Source: Amoebophrya sp. A120
Taxonomy: Eukaryota > Protista > Dinoflagellata
Assembly: GCA_905178155.1 (NCBI GenBank)
Contig: CAJINV010000004.1
Coordinates: forward strand, 6,116,828-6,180,827
Length of the DNA: 64,000 nt
Direction of reading: 5' to 3'
The notes below the pieces were generated by a model. It was not told the origin of the DNA. It saw nothing but the letters and a program-made list of their open reading frames with translations, and made no database searches. The position numbers and the translations under genes were made by a program. Positions 1 to 11,252 of the stretch are shown here, in pieces. Each line of letters begins with the position of its first letter. Position 1 is the first letter of the stretch.

Positions 1-1181
1 AAAAAAAAAATCTGCGTAAAAAATACTCAGATCGCGTGGTTTGAAGACTTTCGTGCAGAGAAAAATCGAAATCGAAAAATAAACGAAGATCTTCGAGTCT
101 CAGTTTTCAACGAGCAAAAAACTACGAGCATATTGTTCAGCTTGAGCGCGTTTTTTCTCATCACAACATCAAAATCAAAAGCAGAAATAGATCCACATAG
201 TCCTTCTTTTGTTCAACGCAGTTTTTGGGGCACTCATTCACGTTTGTACGACAAACGAGGCGCAAGAACTTTGCAAGCGCATGATCACACACGCCGAGCC
301 AATGCGCGAAGATCATTCCTTTCTTACTTCTGGAATCGAGCTATTTAAACACGAGACGGTTACACGAGGAGATAGAGATTGCAGAAGGAACATAATGATG
401 GACCTGCTCTATCGTACTATGACGTAATGCTTCGCAAAGACCACGAGCAAGGTCCCGGCCTGCTCTACCTTGAGTTTCAGGAAGCAAAGGCGGGAAGCTG
501 AGTTTCTTTTAATTTGGAGGCCAAGTACAACTTCACGGAAAGTTTTTTCTTACGACGACGTAGGAATTCTACATTCGATTCAATAGTTTCTGTCTTACAT
601 CATACATAACATCATAGACAAGATCTCAAAGTTCTTCTGTAATTGCGGTTGGCAGAATTGCAAAAGGGCTTAGAATTTATGGCAAACGTCGGATTTTTTA
701 TTCACACGTCGGAAAGGAGAGTAGAAATAATCGCTTCATTTTCTTTGCGTTTCGCAGTCAACAAACAAAGTAGAAGTCGGAGGTCTTGATGACATACTAG
801 AGGCGGTGGAATTCATTATATCAGAGTATGGTGCACCAAAACTAACAACTTCTGCGCAGAGAAGTAGTCAAGATCAGTTAAATGTAAAGGATTTTATTTT
901 GTGGACAGCGGCTAGATATTCAAGATCAATAAAAAGTCAGAACCTATAGCGATGCTAGCAGAGGAGAAAAGACTGTCGGTTGTCGTTGCCCCGGTCGTAG
1001 GCGGATTCATTTATTGAGGTCAAACGCATTCATACTCATTGATTCACTGTCGGCTCACAGGCAAACGGCGTCGGCGCAAAAGTATAAGTACAATAATCGA
1101 TACCGGACTACAAGGATAGAACCTGCAGCAGGCTGGACTCTGTTCGCGTAGTTACTTCTTAGGTTCTCACCTAAACTACAC

Positions 1182-4072
1182 CTATGCCGACGCGAGTAGA
1201 AACTTGTTTACCAGATCCGCATATCAAATGTAAAAATGTCTGGGTCTGGAAGATTCCGGAATTTGTGATGCATGTTTTCTATGATCCGTGACGCATGTAA
1301 TGCATGATCTAGCATCACAGATTTTTAGAGGCCTTCCTGATGCCTATTCCGCATGAGAAATGACCTCTCCGCGTAACACAAACTGGACTCCTGATGCTGC
1401 TCACGCAATACAGATTTTTTTGGAATCCAAAGACAGCATGACAAGTTGCATTCTTCCAGACCCAGACATTTTTACATTTCATACCGCACAGTCGACGGCC
1501 GGGACCCCCGGCGTTTTCAGCTTGTCCATACTTTTGCACCCGTTGAGCACCTATCAAATGCAAATATGTCTGGGTCTGGATGGATGCCATGCACATTTTG
1601 CATGACCCCTGATGTCTGTGATGCATGCCCTAGCATCACAGGTTTTGTGAGGGATTCCTGATGCCTATACCGCATGAGAAATGCCCTCGCGCCGTGGCAA
1701 AAACTGGACATCTTTTGCTGTCCATGCAATACAGATTCTTCTAGAATCCAAGTCCAGCATCACAAGTTGCGTCCTTCCAGACCCAGACATATTTGCAATG
1801 CATAGCACCAAGGCGTGCACCATTTTCACGTCCTTCATCACGTCCCACTGTGCCGCAGAGACGCCCAACGTGTTGATCGCGAGGGTTCTCTCCACGTACG
1901 TCGGGTTCCCCTGCATGCTTCTCAACTGCTGGTTCGTCAACTCCGCCGTGACATAGTTGCCCGGGTAGCCGAACAGGTTGGCCGCGCCGACGTGCCCGTT
2001 CGTGAGCGGGGGCGGCGGGTTGTTGCTGTTGGTTGCAGCTTTAGCACTGCCCCCATACCACCAGTCCACCTGTTCGTCGCTGTCTAAGACGAGAAAGCCC
2101 AAGACCATGTTGTCCTGCTCCACCGGTTTGCGCTCCATCAGCCATTCCAGCGGAAAATTGTCCAGGGTCCCCCCATCCGCGAACGGCTCCACGGCGTAGT
2201 GGACTTGGCCGGTCCAATCGGCGTATTTTCCGAAGGCGGGAAGGTTTTCCGGGGCGATATGGGATTCTCAAACGTTACGTTCTCAGCTGTTACGTGATTT
2301 GTGACGCAAAAGCGCCATAAGCTGCAACACGATCAAGCCACTTCGCATGGCAAATTCCCGCAGGGACAAACAGCATCGAAATCTGTGCCAAGTTTGTGAT
2401 GCAAGACGAGTTGCAAGCTTGCCTCTCTCGCTTTTGCTGCTCTTGCGTCACAAATTCAGTAACAGTTGAGAATGTAACAGTTGAGAGCGCCATATGCAGG
2501 TAAAAACGGGTTGGTGTAGGGAGCCACGTTGCCTACGTAGTGGTACTCGCGGGGATCTTCGTCTGCTGTGGACAGTATGCGAGCTGCTGCACGACGAGGA
2601 CCATGCAATTGATGTTCTAGCTCCTGTTGGAGGTCGACGTGTTGTTGATGTTCGTGTCCTTGCAGCGTGCAGGATGTGCTGGCCAGCTCCACACCTTGAC
2701 CTTGTTCGTCTTCATGAGGTCCCACAACTGCAACTGCTTGAGTCTTCGCTTTATCCTTGTTCGCTTTATTCTGCTCCCACCTCCGGTTTTCCAGCAACTT
2801 CAGACACGCGTCCGTTTTCGGAAGCTTCTGGAAGAATCGGGCCTGGAAGTAAAAGGGCATGCTGCTCGACGTCACCACTGCGTCGCGGATCGGCATGTGG
2901 GGCACGGTTTCGTGGCTGAAAATGACGGATTTGGACTCCGCGACGGAAAACACCACGACGAAGAGCTCCTTTTTCTTCTGCTCAAACAGCTCCAGAAACG
3001 TGACATCCTCCGCAAAGCCCTTGGCTTTGATCGCCGTCGTGAGTGCCTCGCGCAACGGATCCCCGGTATTCCACCCGTACCGCTCGAAAAAACTCTCCCG
3101 GATCCGGTTCAACGTCTGTAACGGATTGTGTTTAAAATCCTCCCCCGTCGGTCCGTCCGCAAAGGACGCCCAGTCGATCTTGGTCAAGAAGGCCAGCAGT
3201 TCCTTGGGTGTGTAGCCCAGCACCACCAGCATCGCCGTGATACTGCCCGCCGAGGTGCCCATGGCGCCGTCGACCAGACTGGACAGGGGCGTGTCCCAAT
3301 TCCACTTCGATTTTCCGGGGGCGGTCATGCGCGCAAACGCGCCGGCGTAGCTCACGGCGCGGACGCCCCCGCCCGCAAACACCCAGTAGCGGTTCACGGT
3401 GGCCCAGCTGGTGTCGTCCTCATCCTCTGGATGGTCGTTGGTCGTTGTGCTTCCTGTGCTTAACGGGGATGAGGAGGACTCGCCACTATCATCTTGGAAA
3501 GAATCATCCAAACGGCTCCCGGGAAGGTAACGTGGTTCACCACTTGCAGAGGATGCAAGAACACGACTCCGGTGGCCGAACGGGACGATATTAACGGTTT
3601 TGCTCTTGCTGCTGCGAGTAGAGCTTGCTCCGGTTGCCGCATTTTTTGTGATCTTCGCCGCTATAGCTCCTATAGACGACCTATCGGCCGCCACGCCACG
3701 GGACGACGAGGCAAATGGAAGTAAAGATTTTGCAGCTCCCGCAGTGCTGGTCCTAGTGCTCGTCCTAGAAGTAGATGATTCTTTCGAGTTCTTCCTGCTG
3801 TTCCCAGCAGCACGACTGGTCGCGCGACCGCTCGAATCCTTGGAACCATTCCGAAGTTGCTGCCGTACGGCGGGAATGACGGCGCCCCCGAGGAACGCAC
3901 GACGCTTTCCGAAGGCGAAAATACTAGAAACCCCGTGTAGCTCTTGTACATGTACTAGGGATGATCCAATGCCACTGAATAGCAGAAATACACGGAGTAA
4001 GGCAGCAAGGAGGATCTTTGACGACGCAGCTCCTTTGGAGCACAAAGGGACGACGTTTTGCGGCCGAGACAT
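1182..4072 (-). CDS. Patatin-like phospholipase with N-terminal hydrophobic segment (3 introner introns)
   Basis: Motifs FAGGGVRA (oxyanion), GTSAG (G-x-S-x-G) and FADGG (catalytic Asp) are present. The frame is continuous after removing elements at 2258, 1552 and 1222 plus 5 bp each, ending ...NKFLLASA* (TAG at 1182). Confidence 0.88.
1222..1483. mobile_element. Introner family A (262 bp)
   Basis: TIR TATCAAATGTAAAAATGTCTGGGTCTGGAAG...; TSD CCGCA/CCGCA. Confidence 0.95.
1552..1804. mobile_element. Introner family A (253 bp)
   Basis: Family A TIRs; TSD GCACC/GCACC. Confidence 0.95.
2258..2494. mobile_element. Introner family E (237 bp), degenerate TSD
   Basis: TIR TATGG..TCTCAAACGTTAC / GTAACAGTTGAGA..CCATA; flanks GGCGA/TGCAG; removal plus 5 bp restores the patatin frame. 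Confidence 0.8.
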
Positions 4073-5277
4073 TTTTGGTTTGGGATATACTACTTTTATC
4101 AACGTCGTTTTTCGCGTTTACCTCTCGTGGTTTCCTTTTGTACAGTGATACTCCTTGATGCTATGAATTGATTATCGTTCATGTAAAATCCTATGCCACT
4201 TGTTTGCACAAAACACCGAACAACCAAGACAAAAAGAAAAACGGCGTCGCTTCAAAAAAATCAAAAATTTCTTCGTAGTGTTCATCTCCCAGGCGGGATG
4301 CTCATGATCTTAGGCCACAAATGAGGTCACAATTTGTGAGGATCAACTTCATGGGGATGGATCTTCATCAACGTGGTGGTCTGAGTTCTTCTTGCAGCTA
4401 CCGACTCGACATCAATTACCGAACATCAGTCCCTCTTGTTTCCTTCCAGTTCTCCTCGTGCAGAACACTTTCATGAAAAATGGAATTTCATCTGACAGAA
4501 ATACTAAAAGCATCCGCCAAAATTGGAGCATGATGAAAAATCTACCTGCAAGTATCGTTTTTAATAAATCCGTATTCAAAAATTCATTCGTTAAGCTCTT
4601 GCTCTCTCCGTGTCCGCAAAGGTTTTGATGGTTCTGCATACGCGATTACGTTATAGCACTGTGTAGCTGCGATTTGTACTCGTAGCTAAGCGGTTCGGTA
4701 GTGCTTCGTACTTTTTCATGTGCTCGTCGATTCCGTGCCATGCAAGAGGATTCACTGGGTCGGTAATGTTTTTTTTACCAGAAAATTTAAGTTTGTCAGT
4801 GCTCTACTTCAAAAATCACGATTGGCTGGGCTTTATCATCTGCAGATCAGAATACAATGAGCCGCCAAACAAATCTTGTTGTTGATGAAAGAATAAACCA
4901 AGAAAGAAAGTGCAATAACAAAACAGTGTCAACACTGTGTCGTCGTGTAAAGGATGAATATGACAAAGTCTCTACGCAAGTTTAATTGTAACTGAAAAAT
5001 GGAACTCCTGGTGAAAGTGCCTTAATACATTATGATCGGCATTCTCCCATGCACAACTCCCGATGTAATAGATTAATCAAATGAACACATATACTCGTCT
5101 GTCGGTCACCACAGTCTGACGGGCCTGTAACCGCTCCACGCTCCTGCGTAATGCCAGTTGTGCTCCTGTTGACCGCTCCTATTGTATTGTTACTGTAGAA
5201 ATCGATTTAACAATCTTGAAAACTTGTACTGTTTGTTACTGGATTCCTGTTTCTCCCTGAAAAAAATCTTCTCCGCC

Positions 5278-8200
5278 TCAGAAAGTTCTGCTGTTTGCTG
5301 ACTTGAACGCCCCCGGGTAGCTCATTGGCTCGAATATCATATGTAAAAACGTCCCCACCCCATAGTCAAGTTGGGAACTTAGCAACACAAACCCAGAAGC
5401 TTTGGGAGCAACGCATGACAACTTCCAGTCCGTAGTGTAGTGCAGTTTAGAAAGTGCAGCCGCATCACAAATCCATCTGCTCATCCCGTTTACAGCATTA
5501 CAAATTCCAAAACGCGCTTGAAAATGCCTCTCATGGAGATGCACATTACAAATGTTCCTGTCATGGCGAATCTGCATGACAACTATGGTGTGGGGACGTT
5601 TTTACTCAGGATATCGAAGTACTCGTCGTCATTCGCCATCTGGGCGGCGGATATGCGGTGCAAAAGTCTTTTTTCGTACTTCTTTTTCTAGTAGCAATTG
5701 CATGACAGATTCATCAGGCAAGAAGAAGAGTCGTGTTATTTGTCATGCTGATTCAGGTTACTTACTAGGAGAGACCCTTCTGATACATGGCTCCACTTAG
5801 AACGAGTACAACGATAAAGAACTTTTGCAGTTGATAGCGGACACCGGTATGTGAATGTTTGCGTCCGCCATGGTGCCGCCTGCCAGCAAAGCCTGTTCCA
5901 TTTTTTCGAATTGCTTTACCCGGGCAATGGCCTCGTTCTTCAGGTCTCGGATCATTTTCAGTGTTTCGTTTTTGTCCGACGCAGCACCGAGGTTCGGCAT
6001 CGGCGAGGTCACGGCCCCGTAGTGCATGTTTGCCGCCGTTTGGACGTCTGGCATTTTCGACGCCCGGTCCACATACTTCTCCCCGCCTCGCTGCATGTAG
6101 ACCCCGAAAGCCGCGCCAGCGGCTTTTTTGTCTTTCAAAGGGGAAGCCACATCGTCCAATTTCTCCTGCACCACCTTGTCGCTCAGTCGCTGTTTGTGGT
6201 CGCTGGTATGCATTGCAAAAGTATCGTACTAGTATAAATCGCATGACAAATTTATATCAAAAAGAAAATTGGAATTTGTAATGCAGATTTGGGTAGGAAG
6301 CCAGATTTGTCATGCATACCTGCAATTCATACGAGTACGATACTTTTGCAGTGGATAGCTGGCGCGCTTCTGCAGCTCCTGCTTCTGATCCGAGGACAAT
6401 CGCCTCTGGGCGGGGGAGAAGTTGTTCTTGTTCCCCGCCTGGCCGGGGGATCCGGGACCGCCGTCCCCCTTCCCCGCCTTCTGGCCCTTCACCCTCGCTA
6501 AGGTCTTCGTGGCCTGCTTCACGCAGTCCGTCGGCCAATTGTTTTCGAACTTCCACTGGTAGACCAGCACCGGGGCCTCAATCGCCCGCTGGTCCGACGG
6601 TTGGTACTTGAACGCGTCTTCCCGTTTCTGCTTCAGCGGCGCGTACCTGGTCCACGGGTCAATCTCGATCACGTACGGGATTTTTTCCGCGTCCTTGTTT
6701 ACTTTCTTCAGCTGCAGGTTCACGTGGGACCGCTCCCCATACTCGCCCTTCCCGGCCTCCTCGGTGATGCAGAGCCGCTGGCAGTACTCGAAGTGGCTGG
6801 ACAACTGCTGCACAAACTGCGACTGGTGCGCCTCCCACGGGAGCAGATTCTTCGTGTCCTTCGCGGTTGTTTTTGCATTCTCGTACCGGGGTTGCGGCTG
6901 CCCCGGGACTTCGCCGGTAAATAACTCTTGGTTCCACACGTTGTCCACGGCGTAGCACGTGTCCATCACCGCCTGCCACCCGCGCTTGAGCCCCAGCCCC
7001 ATGGGCCAGAAGGGCTCCAGCAACGAGTCGCCGCACAGACCCAAAGGCGGGGTCCAGTTCGTGCCGCCGTCGGCTTGGTTCTTGCTGGGATCCGGCAAGT
7101 TCACGCAAAACGACTTTTTGCAGTTCCAGCACTCGGCAAAGTCGAACGCCATCACGTCGTTCGGCGCTTTCACGAAACCACCGTTAGAGCCCTGCTGCGG
7201 GTCGAAGGGGATGCCGGAGGAACCGAGAATCTTTTTCACGTACTCGCGCAGCTTTTATGAACATGCACAACTCCCCCTCGTCCCCCTCAGTTGTATCTGG
7301 CATGAACGGCAATACAAACACGGGCACATCACGTGGAGCCTGTGCATGACAAGTTCTTTCACGACTCGACTAGCATAGTACTGGTTGGGCTTCCGGAATC
7401 TGTCATGCAAACAGTGCCACAAGGCAGTGCCTGGTTTTGGGATTTTGCATTTACAAATGAGGAGGATCACGAGGGGCCACTGTGCACGCCCATAGCTTCT
7501 CCTTTTCGTCCACGTCCTTTGATGCGACCTGCCGGGTATGGAGTGCAAACATGTCTGGATCTGGAAGGATGCAACTTGTGATGCTACCTTTCGATTCTAG
7601 AAAAAATCTGTATTGCGTGGGCAGCAAGGGGAGTCCAGTAGCTGCTACGCGGAGAGGGCATTTCTCATCCGGTATAGGCACAAAACCTGTCATGCTAGAG
7701 CATACATCACAGACATCATGGGTCATGCAAAGTGTGCATGACAAACCTTCCATTCATCCAGGAGACCCAGACACATTTGCAATCCCTACCGGGCTTCGGT
7801 GTGGTGGTAGATTTTCCCGGAAATCCCGTGTTTGATCAGGTTCTTCCTGGTCGGGGCGAAAATGCAGTAGTTGTGCGTGGCGGCGCGGTAGTAGATCACC
7901 ACGTCCAGGTCGATGTCGACCTCGTCGAGGATTTTTTTGAAAATATCAACTGCAAATATGTCTGGGTCTGGAAGGATGCAAGGTTGTCATGCTTGTCTGG
8001 CATGACAGAAAAACTTGTGACGCAGGTCCAACAAGAGACCCTTTTACTTGTCATGCGAAAACGCAGCTTGTCATGCGGGAAGCGCAACACTATAGCCGAG
8101 CACGTATTTCTCATGCTCTGCTGTGCATTACAGGGTGTTTTCTGTTCACAACCCAGCATTACAAGTTTCCAGACCCAGACATATTTGCACTGCATAGAAG

Positions 8201-9915
8201 AACGGCTTGAACAACATTTTCGACCGGTTCATGTCCTCCAAATCTTTCGAATATTACAATGAAAAATGCCCCCACCCCCGACTTAGGAGCATTTGTATTG
8301 CAAACCTTTCCAAATGAAGCGTTCGCTTTCTTGCATCTATCAGCATCACAGGTTTCTTATCGTTAATAGGAAAAATTTGTATTGCAGAAGACCCCAGCAA
8401 GAGCGGCGCTTGTCAGGCAAGCGATGCGATACACACCTAGACTCTGCATTTCATACCCCTTTCATGCATGACAGAAAGGTTTTATTTCGAAACTTCGCAT
8501 TACAAATTTTTGCAACTTTGGGGGTGGGCGCATTTTTCACTGTAATATCGAAAACCCGAGCTCCATGGCGCGCTTCCGCGTCAACTTCTCGATGTTCGCC
8601 ACAATCCCCACGGCGTCCATGAATTTCCGCTTCTCGATGCCGCCGAAGTGCTTCTCCAGCTTTTCACGGACGGTACTGCGCGGCCCGTCGCAACCCAGGA
8701 TCACGCCGAAAACCTGTTGGAATGATCGGAATTTCAAGATAAAGGTTTAAGTTGGCTCATACAAGGGTTGTAATTGTATCTTTACATTTTCTACTGTTTT
8801 CTCGATTTCGTCGTCTGAAGTTAATTGCAGAGTTCGAGTGCCGAAACACTGCTGGGACGAGGAGGTGAGACAAACTCGCAACACAAATATAAAGAAACGA
8901 CCAAACCACTGTCATAAAAATCTCCTGAAGCTAGTCCACCTAGTACCTCTTTGTCTTCCGCTCCTTTACCGTACTTTTTTTGCGCCTCGGCGTCGTAACT
9001 GATTGTCACGTTCCAGCGTGGTGGCGTCTTGTCCTTCCCGGCCACCACCTCCGCGTCGACAAACCCCGCCCCCAGGCGAAACTCGACACCCAGTAACAGC
9101 AGGTTCTTCAGCAACAGACACTGCAACTCGTCGATGCCGATCGAGCTGGTGTGCGGCTCGGTAAACACTGGGTAGCAGGCCTTCTGCGACATCAGCTCCT
9201 TGCCGTTCAATTTTTCCAAGTCCTGCTTGAGAAAGGGCCAGTTGTGCGGCCGGTTGATGCGGTTGGTGAAGCCGAGCGAACCCTTGCCCTTGTCCTCCCG
9301 CCTCTTCTCGCAGACGGTCACCTGGTGGCCACCTAACACAAGCTCGATGGCCAGCCGCATGCCCACCGGACCGCCGCCGGCGATCAGAACTTTCTGGGGC
9401 ACGATCCGTGGATTCTTGTTGGGGCGACCCAGGTTGTTAATCTCATTTGGGCGGTAGAGAGTGCCTGTGGGGAGAATTTTGATTTTCATTTTTTTCTCAA
9501 AGAAAGCATGAAGAAAATCGATATCTTTATCCGCTTTATTTTCTATTCGACATCACCACCAAGAACACGCAAGCGCAACTATATGTATATCTGAATTAAT
9601 TATGATGCCAGAAGTTTTATCATAAAAAGAACTACCTCGTCGCTCCAGCTCGTCAAAGCGTTGCCACATGCGTGGCCACTTCCAGTTGCCCCCGTCGCCG
9701 ACGATGGCGCGGATTTTTTCGTAGGGAAACACATCCCCCGTGACACCGTCCACGGTGTTTACCTCGACCGATTTCAACTCCTCAGTCCATAACTTGTCCC
9801 AGATGGCCAGCAGCCCCTCGCCCTGCACATCTGGCGGTTGCGCGGCCAACAGTTCCTTGAGCTTCTCGGTGGTGTTTGCCTCCAGGGCTTTCAAAGCATG
9901 GTCTGGATACGACAT
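5278..9915 (-). CDS. MICAL-like FAD-dependent monooxygenase (2 GT-AG introns + 7 introner introns)
   Basis: VLIAGGGPVGMRLAIEL, PHNWPFLKQDL, IGIDELQCLLLKNLLLLGVEF, IDLDVVIYYR and LCGDSLLEPFWPMGLG align with the MICAL redox domain motifs. GT-AG introns at 9465-9635 and 8714-8946. Confidence 0.88.
5335..5613. mobile_element. Introner family C (279 bp)
   Basis: TIR TATC..GTAAAAACGTCCCCAC.CCATAGT; TSD TCGAA/TCGAA. Confidence 0.93.
5652..5836. mobile_element. Introner, family B-like (185 bp)
   Basis: TIR TATG..TGCAAAAGT / ACTTTTGCAGTTGATA; TSD GCGGA/GCGGA. Confidence 0.88.
6207..6357. mobile_element. Introner family B (151 bp)
   Basis: TIR TATGCATTGCAAAAGTATCGTACT; TSD GCTGG/GCTGG. Confidence 0.95.
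7256..7494. mobile_element. Introner family F (239 bp)
   Basis: TIR TATGAACATGCACA..CCCCTCG / CGAGGGG..TGTGCACGCCCATA; TSD GCTTT/GCTTC. Confidence 0.85.
7537..7788. mobile_element. Introner family A (252 bp, interior inverted relative to the 1222 copy)
   Basis: Family A TIRs; TSD CCGGG/CCGGG. Confidence 0.92.
7944..8196. mobile_element. Introner family A (253 bp)
   Basis: Family A TIRs; TSD GAAAA/GAAGA. Confidence 0.93.
8252..8547. mobile_element. Introner family D (296 bp)
   Basis: TIR TATTACA.TGAAAAATGC.CCCACCCCC; TSD TCGAA/TCGAA. Confidence 0.93.
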
Positions 9916-11252
9916 CTTGGTGAAATCTCTTGGTGGAGGTGTGGAAAATACTGAAATGGAATTTTAGATTTATTTGAACAGGGAATACTAATAAATTACA
10001 ACGAGTGGCTCGAAAGTCAACACGTGAAAGTCAAATTTTGTTTCATACGGCAAAACCAAAATGTTCTTGTGTGGCAAGTATACAAGTAAAAGTTGCGCTG
10101 AAGTATCGGGTATAATAAGCAACGGGCGACTTTCACTGTATCGGGGATGTGAGGTTTTCTTTCTTTTGCTTTTCAGGCCAAAGGAGTTCGACAGAATACG
10201 CCTGGCCGCGTGCAGAGAGGCTAATACTATACGAATGCGACGTATGCGCTCCTGCTTCACCATCAAGGACCGAGCTATTACGTCTACGAGGACACCGATT
10301 CGGAATCTTGATACCACGCCAGTTCTTCTACTTTTACGTATGAAAGCTGCGACCGAAAGCAAATAGATTGAAATACACGGCGACCGATCTTTCACAGTAC
10401 TAGCGTCTACCGATTTACTCGATAGCGCACGAAGTAGTGTCTACTCTGTCTGACATCTTCCTAGGAAAGAATTGTTCACGATATGATGCTGTCATTTTTG
10501 TCTCGCACCGAAAGTACTTCTATCTTGGTGTTGTAGCAACATTTGACAGTGATGGAAGCACGACCGGAACACGACGGCCTTAGCGCTGCAAGAGGTCATG
10601 TCGTCACAGTTCACTATCTGAAGTACGATACCTTGTAAACTCGTCTTTACTCTTCTTGTTCTTTTACTTTTTCCTTTAGCACTTCATCAAAGTAGAGCGC
10701 GCCTCGTACGACGACTCTACCAATCGCAGTCATGTCTACTTCCTTTCTTCTTGCACTTGCTAAACGCCTGCTATGGTTACTGAAGTATAGAAACTTTTTG
10801 AGCAAGAATGGGTTTGCTCGTTGACACAGCATTTTGCATGCTGCACTCCTACATGCTTAATGCTTTCACTTACGGTTGCGTTTTCCATTATTTCCTTTCT
10901 GAGCTACAAACACAATATTTCGATTTCTTTGCTTTAGGTCTGGACTTTGTTTTTCTACATGATGCGATAATTCGCACCTTCTTCGCTGCCCTTCTTGGTC
11001 GCTTCTTTCACACTAGCGCTACCAGTGGGTGCGAGCGTCCGTATCAATCTATACAGGGGTAGTACGGACTGGTGCTGATTCGACTCTTTTTCTGGTACTC
11101 TCGCGTGTCTACATGTATTCTGGTACTACTCTGGCATAATATTCGTCATCATTTCATGCTTTCCTCCCAGTATCCTATCGCTTTTCATCCTACCTCCAAT
11201 AGAGTAGCAAAGGAGCACGCGATCCTCTATATTAATTCAGATGCGATCAATT

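Noticed and set aside
9988-11062. Intergenic ORFs of 60-135 aa (similarly at 58239-58678 and 61139-62000)
   Set aside because: No recognisable motifs or coding-like codon pattern; likely UTR or intergenic sequence.
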